Source of the DNA: Nitrosopumilus sp.
GTDB taxonomy: Archaea > Thermoproteota > Nitrososphaeria > Nitrososphaerales > Nitrosopumilaceae
Direction: 5' to 3'
Length of the DNA: 64,000 bases
Assembly (NCBI GenBank): GCA_965207075.1
Contig: CBDBLO010000002.1
Coordinates: forward strand, 480,001 to 544,000
The notes below the pieces were generated by a model, which was not told the origin of the DNA, did not search any database, and was given only the letters and a program-made list of their open reading frames with translations. This document shows, in pieces, positions 37,004-47,322 of this stretch. The translations under genes and the position numbers were made by a program. Positions within the stretch are counted from its first letter, which is position 1. Each line of letters begins with the position of its first letter.

Positions 37004-39625
37004 CTACAGCACGAAATACTTGGATCCGGTGTGGTGCACTACTATGGCCGCTGTGGAGTGCTCGGGCACGATCTGCCCCGACTCAGTCAGGGTCATGTCA
37101 GAGTGCTGCGGCTCCAGCAGGCGCCAGACCAGCGCATGCTGCGCCAGGTCCGGGCAGCTTGGATAGCCCCAGCTGTACCGGAGGCATCCACCGTCGAGGT
37201 TCAGCTCCGACCTGATGCGCCGGTTGGTCCACTCCGCCAGCGCCTCGGCCGCCTCGACTGCCAGCCCGTGCAGATAGTACGCGTCCGTGTACATGCCCTT
37301 CCTGTTCCATTCCTCTATCGTGTCGGTGACCCTTGAGCCTACCGTAACCGACTGGAACGCCACCACGTCGTCTTTGCCAAAGTAGTCGGCAAGGCACAGC
37401 CGCTCCGCCTTTTGCGAGCGCGGAAAGGCAAACGACACGACGTCGCCCTTTGCATCTTCCACGTCGAGTACGGCGCCGCCCCTGTTGTGGCACCTAAAGT
37501 ATCCGTACACCACCCGGGGCTCGAACATGTACTCAGATGCAATTCTCCGCTGCCACGACAAGAACAATTTCTCGTGGTCCTCTTGCGACTCCCTGCCGGC
37601 CCCCCTGCCGCGCACGCCCCAGGACAGCCTGTAAAGCGACTTTGTGTCGACAAGGGGCCAGACATCCCCCATCGGAATGTCGCCGGGCTGCAGCCTTGCC
37701 GGAACACCCGGCCTCATGGAACTAGGTATGGCAGGCGGCCGCACCGGCACGACTGCGCTCCTCTCGGGCCTCCCTTCCCCCGCCGCAGACGCGCCCTCCG
37801 CCTTGCCGTCCGGCCCTGCCCTGGCCTTGGAGAGCGACTCCTGCCTTGCCTGCCACCGTGAGAGGCCCTGCCTCCAGTCCGCGAACATCTCCCCCCTCCG
37901 CGCGTCGTCCACGAGCGCGTCCATTATCCTTAGCCCGTCGAACATCGTATTGCAGTAAAAGACGCCCGGCTCGTACAGCGCGTCCTTTTTGTCCCCGTCA
38001 GTCGTCGCAATCCTGTTTATGTAGCTGCTGTTGATGGCGGCGCCCCCGCACATGACGGGTATGTCCATCTTGTTTTCGCGCGCATGCTCCACGAACAGCT
38101 GCATCTGCCTCGAGGTGGACACGAGCAGGGCCGACAGACCGACCGCGTCCGGTTTCACCTCTGCAATCTTGTCGAGGAACTTCTGGAGCGGCACCTGCTT
38201 GCCCAGGTCGTATACGGCATACCCGTTGTTCTGGAATATGGTCTTTACCAGGTTCTTGCCGATGTCGTGCACGTCCCCGTATACTGTGCCGAGCACCAGC
38301 TTGCCCTTGCTTGCGCCGCCCTCATCCTTTACCAGGTACCTCTCAAGCTCGCCGACGGCCGCCTTCATGCATTCTGCCGACTTTAGGACAAACGGCAGTA
38401 TGAGCTCGCCGGCGCCGAACCGGTCGCCGACCTCCTTCATGGCCGGCAGCAGGCTCTCGTTGAGCACGTGTATGGCGGCGTCATGGGTCTTCGGCCGCGG
38501 CGCGTCGATTGTAATGGCGCCTGCATCCCCTCCCCCCTCCTTGTCCGGGATCACGCGGGACTCGAGCCCCGCCTGCATGGCTATGGCATGCACCACGTCT
38601 TGCGCGATGCCGTCGGCAAGCCGGTTTACAATCCTAAAGTTTGCCCGTTTTGCAGGAGGCCACGACGCGTCGACCTCGGGGCCCCGTCGCTTTCTGGCGC
38701 CGCCGCCGCCACTACTCCCTGCGCCGCCGCCGTCCTCAAAGTACGACACGAACCTTGAGAGCGCGTCCGGGCCGCGGTCGAATATAAGGTCCTCTGCAAG
38801 GCCGCCCTCCTTCTTGTCGATCTCTCCGTACGGTATTATCTCCCTGGCGTTTACGATGGCCGCGTCAAGCCCGGCCCGTATGGCATGATACAGAAACACG
38901 GAATTGAGGATGCGCCGCGCCGGGGGCGTGAGGCCAAAGCTGATGTTGCTCAGGCCCAGCGCGGTAAACGAGTCGGGAAACTCCTTTTTGACCCGCCTGA
39001 TGCCCTCCAGCGTCGCGACCCCCGCGCCGCGAAACTCGTCTTGGCCTGTCGCAAGCGTGAACGTCAGGACGTCGAATATGTACTGGTCCGGCGCCAGCCC
39101 GTACTTTTTCCCCTCTTCGAACAGGAGCCTTGCCGTCTCCAGCTTCTCCTCGGCCGTCTTTGCCATGCCGCCGGGGCCTATGCACAGCGCGATTGCCGGG
39201 GTGCCGTACTCGGCCATTACGGGGGCCAGGCTTGCAAAGCGCGAGCCGTCCCCCTCCAGGTTTATCGAGTTGATTATGGGCCTGCCCGGAATCTGCCGTA
39301 TTGCCGCCCGTATCACGTCGGGGTCAGTCGAGTCTATTACGAGCGGGGCCTCTACCTCGAGGCTGAGCCTCTTTACCAGGTTCACCATGAACTCCAGCTC
39401 GTCGGACTTTTCTGTCGTGGCCACGCAGACGTCGATGCAGTGGGCCCCCTCCTCGGCCTGCGAGCGGCCCAGGCTGACGAGCCCGTCATAGTCCCCGTCA
39501 AGAACCATCTGCTTTGCCTTTTTGGAGCCCTGCGTGTTGAGCCGCTCCCCTATTATCATGGGAGGCGGCAGCTGCCTGAGGCCCACTGCGGCCAGCGCCG
39601 AGCTTACCCTTGGTACTACTGCCAT
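37004..39625 (-). CDS. metH: B12-dependent methionine synthase, C-terminal part (pterin-binding, cap, cobalamin-binding and reactivation domains)
   Basis: IIGERLN, IDST, INSINLE, GLSNISFG, GDVHDIGKN and RYSWGYPSCPD. Start placed at ATG 39625. Confidence 0.95.
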   Translation of the reverse strand: MAVVPRVSSALAAVGLRQLPPPMIIGERLNTQGSKKAKQMVLDGDYDGLVSLGRSQAEEGAHCIDVCVATTEKSDELEFMVNLVKRLSLEVEAPLVIDSTDPDVIRAAIRQIPGRPIINSINLEGDGSRFASLAPVMAEYGTPAIALCIGPGGMAKTAEEKLETARLLFEEGKKYGLAPDQYIFDVLTFTLATGQDEFRGAGVATLEGIRRVKKEFPDSFTALGLSNISFGLTPPARRILNSVFLYHAIRAGLDAAIVNAREIIPYGEIDKKEGGLAEDLIFDRGPDALSRFVSYFEDGGGAGSSGGGGARKRRGPEVDASWPPAKRANFRIVNRLADGIAQDVVHAIAMQAGLESRVIPDKEGGGDAGAITIDAPRPKTHDAAIHVLNESLLPAMKEVGDRFGAGELILPFVLKSAECMKAAVGELERYLVKDEGGASKGKLVLGTVYGDVHDIGKNLVKTIFQNNGYAVYDLGKQVPLQKFLDKIAEVKPDAVGLSALLVSTSRQMQLFVEHARENKMDIPVMCGGAAINSSYINRIATTDGDKKDALYEPGVFYCNTMFDGLRIMDALVDDARRGEMFADWRQGLSRWQARQESLSKARAGPDGKAEGASAAGEGRPERSAVVPVRPPAIPSSMRPGVPARLQPGDIPMGDVWPLVDTKSLYRLSWGVRGRGAGRESQEDHEKLFLSWQRRIASEYMFEPRVVYGYFRCHNRGGAVLDVEDAKGDVVSFAFPRSQKAERLCLADYFGKDDVVAFQSVTVGSRVTDTIEEWNRKGMYTDAYYLHGLAVEAAEALAEWTNRRIRSELNLDGGCLRYSWGYPSCPDLAQHALVWRLLEPQHSDMTLTESGQIVPEHSTAAIVVHHTGSKYFVL

Positions 39626-39678
39626 GTGGAAGTGGAAATTCACGATGTTTGTAAACATTTACGGACGTCCGCCGGGGC

Positions 39679-40809
39679 TCTGTTATACAAAAAGTCGTTC
39701 ACCCCCTGTCCCGGAGCCTAGGCAGGCTGTGTGTCAACATGCGCAGTGGAAATGTGGGTGTGTGGGTCTGGAGCAGGCGGCGGCGTAAATACGTAAGCCG
39801 TGAGAACCCAGACAGAGTGAGGCTCGACACAAAGCAGGTACGATGGATACTGCAAGAGAAGCACAAGGGTGAACTCACCAACGCTCAGATAGCCGAATCC
39901 ATGAAGGTCTCCGCGCGATGGGTGAAGAAACTCTGGTCCAGGTACAAGCACAAGCGGGTGAAGGACGTGGTTCATCCGCCCCGGATGGGCAGGCGCGTTG
40001 CCAGCATGTACGGCCGCAGGGAGCACGCGGCGGTACTGAACGCGCGCGGCGGCGAGCACGTGAGCGCATCCCTGCTGCGAGAAAAGATCCGGAAACAGTG
40101 CGGTCTTAATATCCCACTGGGCGTCATACACAGGGTAATGGTGGAGGAGAACCTTGCCCGGGAGGAGCCGGGCAAGAAGAGAAAGAGGCGCAGATGGGTC
40201 AGATACGAGCGCACGCACTCAAACTCGCTGTGGCACACGGACTGGAAGCAGATCCACGGCGGAATGCACGACGGCCGCTGGTTCCTGTGCTACGAGGACG
40301 ACGCGTCCAGGTTCGTGACGGGATATGGAATCTTCGACAACGCCACCACCGAGAACGCCCTCAGAGTGCTTGACGAGGCCATCAAGAACCACGGCAGGCC
40401 GGCGTCGATCATGACGGATCACGGTGTGCAGTTCTACGCAAACGAGAAAGAGGCCAAGGCGCGCGGCGAGAGCGGGTTCGAGAAGAGACTGGTCGAGCTC
40501 GGCATACGCCAGATACTCGCGGGCGTGGGGCACCCGCAGACCAACGGCAAGATAGAGCGCCTGCACGGAGAAATACAGCGCAAGCTGCACGAGTTTGAGG
40601 CCATAATGATGAGGAAGAGCGATCCGATGGACCTGTTCATGCAGTGGTACAACTACCGCCGGACGCACATGTCACTGAATGACGACGAGACTCCTGCAGA
40701 GGCGTTTGAGAGAAAGATGGCTCCCAAGGGGGAAAGGATCATAGATGAGCAGACGGGTGAGGAGTACGATGCCAGATAGGGAGGGGGGAACTACTTTTTG
40801 GATACCACA
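39679..40809 (+). mobile_element. Intact IS481-family insertion sequence with imperfect TIRs of about 27 bp and a 16-bp TSD
   Basis: Left end TCTGTTATACAAAAAGTCGTTCACCCC; right end reverse complement TGTGGTATCCAAAAAGTAGTTCCCCCC. GGACGTCCGCCGGGGC occurs at 39663-39678 and 40810-40825. Confidence 0.93.
39739..40779 (+). CDS. IS481-family DDE transposase
   Basis: N-terminal HTH, then WHTDWK, EDDASR, MTDHG, HPQTNGKIER and YNYRRTH. Confidence 0.95.
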   Translation: MRSGNVGVWVWSRRRRKYVSRENPDRVRLDTKQVRWILQEKHKGELTNAQIAESMKVSARWVKKLWSRYKHKRVKDVVHPPRMGRRVASMYGRREHAAVLNARGGEHVSASLLREKIRKQCGLNIPLGVIHRVMVEENLAREEPGKKRKRRRWVRYERTHSNSLWHTDWKQIHGGMHDGRWFLCYEDDASRFVTGYGIFDNATTENALRVLDEAIKNHGRPASIMTDHGVQFYANEKEAKARGESGFEKRLVELGIRQILAGVGHPQTNGKIERLHGEIQRKLHEFEAIMMRKSDPMDLFMQWYNYRRTHMSLNDDETPAEAFERKMAPKGERIIDEQTGEEYDAR

Positions 40810-40860
40810 GGACGTCCGCCGGGGCCCTCCTCCTGCCCGCAGCGGCGGCCTGCGCCGCAG

Positions 40861-41844
40861 TCAGCCGCCGGCATCCCCCGAAGCCGCCTTGTCCCCGTCT
40901 ATTACCCCGCGCAGCACCGCAATGTGCTCCGGGGTGGTGCCGCAGCATCCCCCGATTATGCGGATGCGGCGGTGTTTTGAGAGGAGCGCGGACATTGCGT
41001 CGCCCATCTGCGCGGGCGTCATTTTGTACGCGGCCACCCCGTCCACGTTCTCCGGCATTCCGGCGTTTGGCACCACAAGCATGTGGTGCGAGGACTCCTC
41101 GTCAAGCCACCTAACGCTGGGGGCCATCTCGTGCGGGCCCGTCGAGCAGTTCATCCCGAACACGTCCACGCCCATGCCCGATACCGTCGTGTACGCCGAC
41201 TGTATGCTGGTCCCAAGCAGCATCTTTCCGTGCTGGTCGAGGGTCGCGTTTGCAATTATCGGGACCGCGGCGCCCGCGGCGCGCACCGCCGCATGGCACG
41301 CCTCGACTGCAAGCTTTACCTCCAGGATGTCCTGGCTGGTCTCGATCAGCAGGGCGTCGACGCCCCCCTCGATCAGCCCCTCGGCCTGCAGCGCGAACGC
41401 ATCGCGTATGTCATCAAGCGGTTTCTGCCCCAGGTCGGGATCGTTTGAGCTTGGCAGGAACCCCGTGGGCCCCATCGAGCCGACCACGTACCGCGGCCTG
41501 CCGCCGCCATACTTTGAGCACGCGCCGCGCGCAAGCTCGGCGATCTTCCTGTTGAGACTCACGGTCTGCCCACCGAACCCGTACTCGTCAAGCTTTATCC
41601 TGTTGGAGCCAAACGAGTTGGTCTCGATGCAATCGGCTCCCGCCTCCAGGTACCTCCTGTGTATGGACTCGATCCACTCCGGGTGCGTCACCGCGAGCCC
41701 GTCGTTGAACCCGTCCCTGCAGTCCGGAAAGTCCTCCGGCTGCGGGTCGTATCTCTGGATCTCGGTTCCCATTGCGCCATCAAACAGGAGCACGCGCTCC
41801 CTGAGCGCGTCAAGGAATGGCAATTTTTGCGGATCGCCTGGCAT
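40861..41844 (-). CDS. metH: B12-dependent methionine synthase, N-terminal homocysteine-binding part
   Basis: LFDGAMGT, ETNSFG, GMNCSTG, PNAG and GGCCGTTPEHI motifs. Confidence 0.95.
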   Translation of the reverse strand: MPGDPQKLPFLDALRERVLLFDGAMGTEIQRYDPQPEDFPDCRDGFNDGLAVTHPEWIESIHRRYLEAGADCIETNSFGSNRIKLDEYGFGGQTVSLNRKIAELARGACSKYGGGRPRYVVGSMGPTGFLPSSNDPDLGQKPLDDIRDAFALQAEGLIEGGVDALLIETSQDILEVKLAVEACHAAVRAAGAAVPIIANATLDQHGKMLLGTSIQSAYTTVSGMGVDVFGMNCSTGPHEMAPSVRWLDEESSHHMLVVPNAGMPENVDGVAAYKMTPAQMGDAMSALLSKHRRIRIIGGCCGTTPEHIAVLRGVIDGDKAASGDAGG

Positions 41845-42028
41845 GCATGACTGCGCGCCTCACGCGGGTTTAATTCTTGGGATCGCGTGCTGCGCCGCGG
41901 GCCGAACGGGCGGGATGCCAATAGCCCAATCTTTCGGCCCGCATATCGCCATGCAGCCGGCGCGTCCCGCAACCATTGCAATCATCAACAGCGGTGGCAA
42001 CGGCAACGGCGGCGCGCCGACCCTGTGG

Positions 42029-42823
42029 TCATCTGAGCCCCCACCTGGACATCACCTTGAGTTCTAGCTTTTTGAACAGCACGGCGTCGACGGCCAACCC
42101 CGTTACCATAATCACCAGCATGACCGCTATTATCTGCGAGATGTCGTTGAGCGACCTGCCCACGTACAGCATGTACCCCAGTCCCAGATACGAGAAGAGG
42201 AGCTCGGCGCCTATGACGCCCCTCCATGCAAACGCCCAGCCCTGCTTGAACCCAGATATCATGTACGGGAACGCGGCGGGTATGAGCACGTCTGTTATCA
42301 GCCTGCCACCCGTGGCCCCCATGTTGCGCGCGGCCTCGATATAGTGGGGCTGTATGTTCTTGACGCCGGTATACGTGTTTATCGTGACTGCAAAGACGGC
42401 CCCTATCGCAATCACGAATATTATCCCTGCGTCCGTCAGCCCGAACCACAGTATCCCTAGCGGGACCCACGCGATGGACGGGATGGACTGCAGCCCGAGT
42501 ACCAGGGAGCCCACCGTCTGGTTGAACGCCTCCCTGCGGGCCATGACTATTCCCAGAGCGATGCCGCCTGCTATCGATATGGAGAGGCCCACCGCAAGCC
42601 TCCACATGCTCGTGGCAAACCCGTGCAGCAGGCTGCCGTCCAGGGCCCCGTACACCAGATCCTCGCCCACCTCGTAGGGGGACGGGAATATGTTGCTGGG
42701 CCACACGCCGGCCATGGCCACAAGCTGCCAGACTGCCACCAGCCCTATGTAGAAGGCTATCTTGTGCGGAGCATAGCTGCGCTTTTTTGACGACGACGAC
42801 GCTGCTGCTGCTGATAGCGACAT
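42029..42823 (-). CDS. ABC transporter permease (SsuC/TauC/NrtB family)
   Basis: PSP...IPSIAWVPL...EAARNMGA...AW..VIGAE. Confidence 0.92.
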   Translation of the reverse strand: MSLSAAAASSSSKKRSYAPHKIAFYIGLVAVWQLVAMAGVWPSNIFPSPYEVGEDLVYGALDGSLLHGFATSMWRLAVGLSISIAGGIALGIVMARREAFNQTVGSLVLGLQSIPSIAWVPLGILWFGLTDAGIIFVIAIGAVFAVTINTYTGVKNIQPHYIEAARNMGATGGRLITDVLIPAAFPYMISGFKQGWAFAWRGVIGAELLFSYLGLGYMLYVGRSLNDISQIIAVMLVIMVTGLAVDAVLFKKLELKVMSRWGLR

Positions 42824-42824
42824 C

Positions 42825-43679
42825 CTACCGCGTCCCTCCCTTCTTCTTCTTCTCTTCTCCCCCCGTCACCGTTCCCCTTGCGCCCGCGTCGTCTTTGCCC
42901 ATACCTGACGCGCCTGCACCGCCGCTCTTTCTTACCTCGGGCCTCAGCTCCTGCAGTATCTCGTGCTGAAAGTCGATCAGCTCCTTGTCGTCCGGAACCC
43001 TGGGCCTCGGAAAGCCGTTTGGAATCTCCCGCTTGACCACTGAGGGACGGTTGCTAAAGACCGCCACCTTTGTGCCGAGTACCGCGGCCTCGGCCACGTT
43101 GTGCGTCACGAACATGATCGTCTTTTTGGTCCTGGCCCATATCAGCTGGGTCTCCACTAGCAGCAGGTCCCTGGTCTGGGCGTCAAGCGCCGCAAACGGC
43201 TCGTCCATCAGCAGCACGTCGGGGTCCATCACGAGGGCCCTTGCAATTGCCACCCTCTGCTTCATGCCCGTGGAGAGCTGGTGCGTGTAGGAGCCGGCAA
43301 ACTTTGTAAGCTGCATCATGTCCAGGTACCGTTCCGATACCTCGGCCCTCTTTTCGCGCGGTATTCCGGATACCTTGAGTCCGAACTCGACGTTGTCGCG
43401 GACTGTGAGCCACGGGAACAGCGCGCCCTCCTGGAACACCATGATTCGGGTGGGGCCCGTCTCCGTCACGGGGCGCCCGTCAAACAGTATCTGTCCGCCG
43501 TCGGGCTTTTCAAGCCCGGCCACTATGCGCAGGAACGTGGACTTGCCGCATCCGGACGGCCCCACCAGGCACACAAAGTCGCCTGATTCTACCTTGAGGT
43601 TCACGCCCCCGAGCGCCTGCAGGCGGTGCGACTCGTGCTCAAAGTATTTTGTGATGCCCCTTGCCTCCAATTTTGCCAT
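42825..43679 (-). CDS. ABC transporter ATP-binding protein (SsuB/TauB/NrtD family)
   Basis: GPSGCGKST, LSTGMKQR, LMDEPFAALD and VTH motifs. Confidence 0.93.
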   Translation of the reverse strand: MAKLEARGITKYFEHESHRLQALGGVNLKVESGDFVCLVGPSGCGKSTFLRIVAGLEKPDGGQILFDGRPVTETGPTRIMVFQEGALFPWLTVRDNVEFGLKVSGIPREKRAEVSERYLDMMQLTKFAGSYTHQLSTGMKQRVAIARALVMDPDVLLMDEPFAALDAQTRDLLLVETQLIWARTKKTIMFVTHNVAEAAVLGTKVAVFSNRPSVVKREIPNGFPRPRVPDDKELIDFQHEILQELRPEVRKSGGAGASGMGKDDAGARGTVTGGEEKKKKGGTR

Positions 43680-43685
43680 TGCGGT

Positions 43686-44801
43686 TCACCCTGTACCTCT
43701 GTCGCTGTCGCCGTCGCCGCCGTTGCTACCGCCATCAAGGCCGGGGCCTTCATCATAGTCCGCCCCGTCAAACGAAAAGAACAGGTCCGAAAGGTCATAG
43801 CTGCCGCGCCCCATGTACCCCAGCCGATCGGCGCGCTCCGCGAACTCGTACACGGTGCCGCTCAGGGGGTCTACAGTCACCTCCGTGTTGTGCACGGCCT
43901 CCCGGACCACGCCGGGGTCAAGCTGCTGCCCAAAGTGATCCAGCAGGAAGTCATTGAACATCACACCCGCCGCGTCCCTGTCGGAGTTTATGACTTTTGC
44001 CGCCTCCTCGTGGGCCCTGAGCCACCCGTCCACAATGTCGCGGTTTTCCTGCACGTACGACTCGCCGGCAATCAGCAGGACGGTTGCAAACTTGCCGCCG
44101 GGCCACATCTCCTCCTCGTAAAACAGCCTGACGCCGCCGTACTCCTCGACAAGGATGGTGGCCCACGGCTCGGAGACCCACGCGCCGTCTATCTCGCCCT
44201 TTACAAACAGGGTCACTATGTCCGGGTTCGGTATGTTGTAGACGACGACGCTCCCGCCGCGGTCGGAGGCCTGCAGTCCGCGCTGCTCCATGTAATGGCG
44301 CAGTGACACGTCCTGCGTGTTGCCAATCTGGGGGGCGGCAATCCTCTTGTGGGCAAAGTCAAACTCGGGCGACGCGGAGTCCGGGTGCATTACAAAGCTC
44401 GTCCCGCCGCTTGCGGCGCCCGACAGCACGCGTATGGTGTCGGATTCGCCCGAGTTCAGGAATGCGTTTATCGCGGGCCCCGGCCCCACGTACGCGACGT
44501 CGATCGAGCCGGCAAACATGGCCTCGACCACCTGCGGGCCGCTGTCAAACACCCTGGACTCTATGCGCACGTCCGGCAGGTACCTTGAGAATATGCCCTG
44601 CTCGACCCCCACGATCGGGATTGCGTGCCCCACTACCGGAAAGTACCCGAGCCGCAGGACCCGCTGGTCCGGCTGCACCGCCCCGCCGCCGCCTGCGGTA
44701 GGCGCCGGTGTAGCGGCCACGACGACTACGACGGTAATAACGATTATTGCGACCGCGACGGCAGACGCCGCAGCGGCCGCAGGAACTCTGCTCATTTTCA
44801 T
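43686..44801 (-). CDS. ABC transporter substrate-binding protein (SsuA/TauA-like)
   Basis: LRLGYF, FDSGP, YVGPGPA, PQIGNTQD and EPW motifs. Confidence 0.88.
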   Translation of the reverse strand: MKMSRVPAAAAASAVAVAIIVITVVVVVAATPAPTAGGGGAVQPDQRVLRLGYFPVVGHAIPIVGVEQGIFSRYLPDVRIESRVFDSGPQVVEAMFAGSIDVAYVGPGPAINAFLNSGESDTIRVLSGAASGGTSFVMHPDSASPEFDFAHKRIAAPQIGNTQDVSLRHYMEQRGLQASDRGGSVVVYNIPNPDIVTLFVKGEIDGAWVSEPWATILVEEYGGVRLFYEEEMWPGGKFATVLLIAGESYVQENRDIVDGWLRAHEEAAKVINSDRDAAGVMFNDFLLDHFGQQLDPGVVREAVHNTEVTVDPLSGTVYEFAERADRLGYMGRGSYDLSDLFFSFDGADYDEGPGLDGGSNGGDGDSDRGTG

Positions 44802-44970
44802 AAAACGGCGTTATAATAGATGGTTAAATAATGAGCGTATTTTAGCTCAAGCTCAGCGTCATGCCGGGCTGTCGCAGGTGGCGCGCACGGACCACCGCCG
44901 CCGCCGCCGCCGCCGCGAAAAGGCGGTTCACAAAAGATAAATTTCAACCACCGATGGCAGAATCGGCATC

Positions 44971-46170
44971 ATGACAGAAAAGGGAATACTGGCGTTCTCC
45001 GGGGGACTCGACACGTCGGTGGTGGTAAAGTACCTGCAGGAGGAGCACGGCCTTGACGTCGTTACGGTGACCGTCGACGTGGGCCAGAACGACGACAAGC
45101 GGGCCATAGCTGCAAAGGCAAAGAGCTTGGGGGTCAGGAGGCACTACAGCATCGACGCTAGGTCGGAGTTTGTCACAAACTATGTGTTTCCCGCAATAAA
45201 GGCAAACGCCCTGTACCAGGGCAAGTACTGCCTTGCAACCGCGCTTGCGAGGCCGCTGATTGCGCAAAAGGTGCTGGAAGTTGCAAGAAAGGAGAACGTC
45301 TCGGCGCTCGCCCACGGGTGCACCGGCAAGGGAAACGACCAGGTCAGGTTTGACCTGGCGCTCCGATCGGGATCCGACCTGCCCATAATCGCCCCGATCA
45401 GGGAGAAGAACCTTGACCGGGCGGCCGAGCTGGAGTTTGCCCGCAAGCGCGGGATAAAGATAGAGACCGTCGCAAAGAGGTACAGCATAGACCAGAACCT
45501 GTGGGGGCGCGCAATAGAGGGCGGGGACATCGAGGATCCGTACGCGGAGCCGCCGGACAGCGCGTTTGCCTGGGTCCGCACGCGGGACATGCCGGACAGC
45601 CCCACGTACGTCGAGATATCCTTTGAGCGCGGCGTCCCCACCAAGATAGACGGAAGAAGGATGGGGCCGCGGAGGATTATAGAGCACCTCAACGAGAAGG
45701 CCGGCAGGGCGGGGGTCGGCATAGTGGATCACATAGAGGACCGCACGGTGGGCATAAAGTCCCGCGAGATATACGAGACCCCTGCGGCGGCATGCCTCAT
45801 AGAGGCGCACACGGACCTCGAGAAGATGGTGCATACGGGCCGCACGGGCAGGTTCAAAAGGACGATCGACGCGGAGTGGGCGTACCTGGCGTATGCGGGC
45901 CTGTGGCAGGATCCCCTCAGGGAGTGCCTGGACGCGTTCATCAACGCGTCGCAGGAGCCCGTGACGGGAACCGTCAGGCTCAGGCTATACAAGGGCAGCC
46001 TCCGGGTGGTGGGCCGCAAGTCCAAAAACTCGCTGTACGACCAGAGGAGGTCAACATACGGGACAGGCTCGACCTTTGATCAGAGGATGGCGGCGGGGTT
46101 CGTCGAGATATGGGGCATGCAGCTTACAGAAGCTAATAAATTACAAGAGGCAAGGGCAGAAAAATCATGA
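44971..46170 (+). CDS. argG: Argininosuccinate synthase
   Basis: AFSGGLDTS, HGCTGKGNDQVRF, SIDQNLWGR and GIKSREIYE motifs. Confidence 0.98.
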   Translation: MTEKGILAFSGGLDTSVVVKYLQEEHGLDVVTVTVDVGQNDDKRAIAAKAKSLGVRRHYSIDARSEFVTNYVFPAIKANALYQGKYCLATALARPLIAQKVLEVARKENVSALAHGCTGKGNDQVRFDLALRSGSDLPIIAPIREKNLDRAAELEFARKRGIKIETVAKRYSIDQNLWGRAIEGGDIEDPYAEPPDSAFAWVRTRDMPDSPTYVEISFERGVPTKIDGRRMGPRRIIEHLNEKAGRAGVGIVDHIEDRTVGIKSREIYETPAAACLIEAHTDLEKMVHTGRTGRFKRTIDAEWAYLAYAGLWQDPLRECLDAFINASQEPVTGTVRLRLYKGSLRVVGRKSKNSLYDQRRSTYGTGSTFDQRMAAGFVEIWGMQLTEANKLQEARAEKS

Positions 46171-46334
46171 ACTGTCCGGAATGCGACGCAGAACTCGGCA
46201 TACCAGATGACGCCGACACGGGCGAGATAATATCGTGCCCCGACTGCGGAGCCGATTATGAGATTGCAGGCAGGGACGGCTCAGACGTCAAGCTAAAGCA
46301 GGCAGAGACAGTGGGTGAAGACTGGGGAGAGTAG
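46167..46334 (+). CDS. lysW: Amino-group carrier protein LysW/ArgW, copy 1 (ends EDWGE; not in the ORF track)
   Basis: Manual translation MNCPECDAELGIPDDADTGEIISCPDCGADYEIAGRDGSDVKLKQAETVGEDWGE. Confidence 0.95.
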   Translation: MNCPECDAELGIPDDADTGEIISCPDCGADYEIAGRDGSDVKLKQAETVGEDWGE

Positions 46335-46340
46335 CAGGCG

Positions 46341-47225
46341 ATGACGAGGCTCTGCATTGCCTTTGACCGCCTGAGGGCCGAGGAGAAGATGCTAAAGTCG
46401 GAGGCCGAGTCGCTCGGCTGCCGGGTCCTGATGCTGGATGCAAAGACTGCCGTATCGGCCACCGACTCTGTTCCGGGGGACGTCATACCCGGCGGATGCG
46501 ACATCGTACTTGAGCGATGCGTCAGCTATTTCAGGGGGCTGCACATGACGTCCGTGCTCGAGTCGCTGGACGTGCGCGTGATAAACGCGTACGTAGTGGC
46601 CGCCGCATGCGGAAACAAGATGGTAATGACCCTCAGGCTCAGGAGGGCCGGCGTGCCCACCCCCAAGACGCACTTTGCGTTCTCGGCCGAGGCTGCGGAG
46701 AATATCATGAAGGATGCTGGGTACCCCCTCGTGATAAAGCCGGTGGTGGGCAGCTGGGGGAGGGGCGTCATCCCGATAAGGGGCCCCGACACGCTTGCCG
46801 CCGTACTGGAGGCAAGGTCGGTGACCGACGGCCCGTTTGACCGGATATTCTACCTGCAGGAGGTGATACGGCGATCCGAGGACGCGGAGGGCCGGACGCG
46901 CGACATACGGGTCATTACGGTGGGCGGCGAGCCGGTATCGGCCATGTACAGGATGTCGGCGGGCGGGGGCTTTAGGGCCAACCTGGCCCTGGGCGGCGAC
47001 CCGGTCGCCTGCAGCATGACGCCCGAGATGGCCGAGCTGGCGTCGGCCGCGTCAGATGCTGTGGGCGGCGGCATACTGGGGGTCGACATGATGGAGAGGG
47101 AGGACGGCCGCCTGGTGGTCCACGAGGTGAACAATACCGTGGAGTTCAAGGGGCTCTCAAAGGTCTCAGAGAGAAACATCCCAAAGGCCATGGTGCAGTT
47201 TGCCGTAGACGCTGCAAGAAAGTGA
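46341..47225 (+). CDS. argX: RimK-family ATP-grasp ligase, ArgX-like (LysW-glutamate ligase)
   Basis: KPVVGSWGRG and HEVNNTVEF; the loop FRANLALGG resembles ArgX, and the gene follows argG. Confidence 0.75.
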   Translation: MTRLCIAFDRLRAEEKMLKSEAESLGCRVLMLDAKTAVSATDSVPGDVIPGGCDIVLERCVSYFRGLHMTSVLESLDVRVINAYVVAAACGNKMVMTLRLRRAGVPTPKTHFAFSAEAAENIMKDAGYPLVIKPVVGSWGRGVIPIRGPDTLAAVLEARSVTDGPFDRIFYLQEVIRRSEDAEGRTRDIRVITVGGEPVSAMYRMSAGGGFRANLALGGDPVACSMTPEMAELASAASDAVGGGILGVDMMEREDGRLVVHEVNNTVEFKGLSKVSERNIPKAMVQFAVDAARK

Positions 47226-47322
47226 TTATATGTATCGCGGGCGCGTGCGCCGGCGCGCGGGAACCGCGCGGAGAATGCCCCGCGGTGCAGGACATAAATT
47301 ATCCCGCGCGGAGCGCGCCTGC

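Noticed and set aside
37004-41844. metH apparently broken by the IS
   Set aside because: Both halves have their own start and stop outside the TSDs. The split is native and the IS is intergenic.
40745-42067. Many long antisense ORFs (for example 40745-42067, 47350-48567, 49366-50547, 59526-60908)
   Set aside because: They are shadow frames of real genes on the opposite strand, caused by high GC3.
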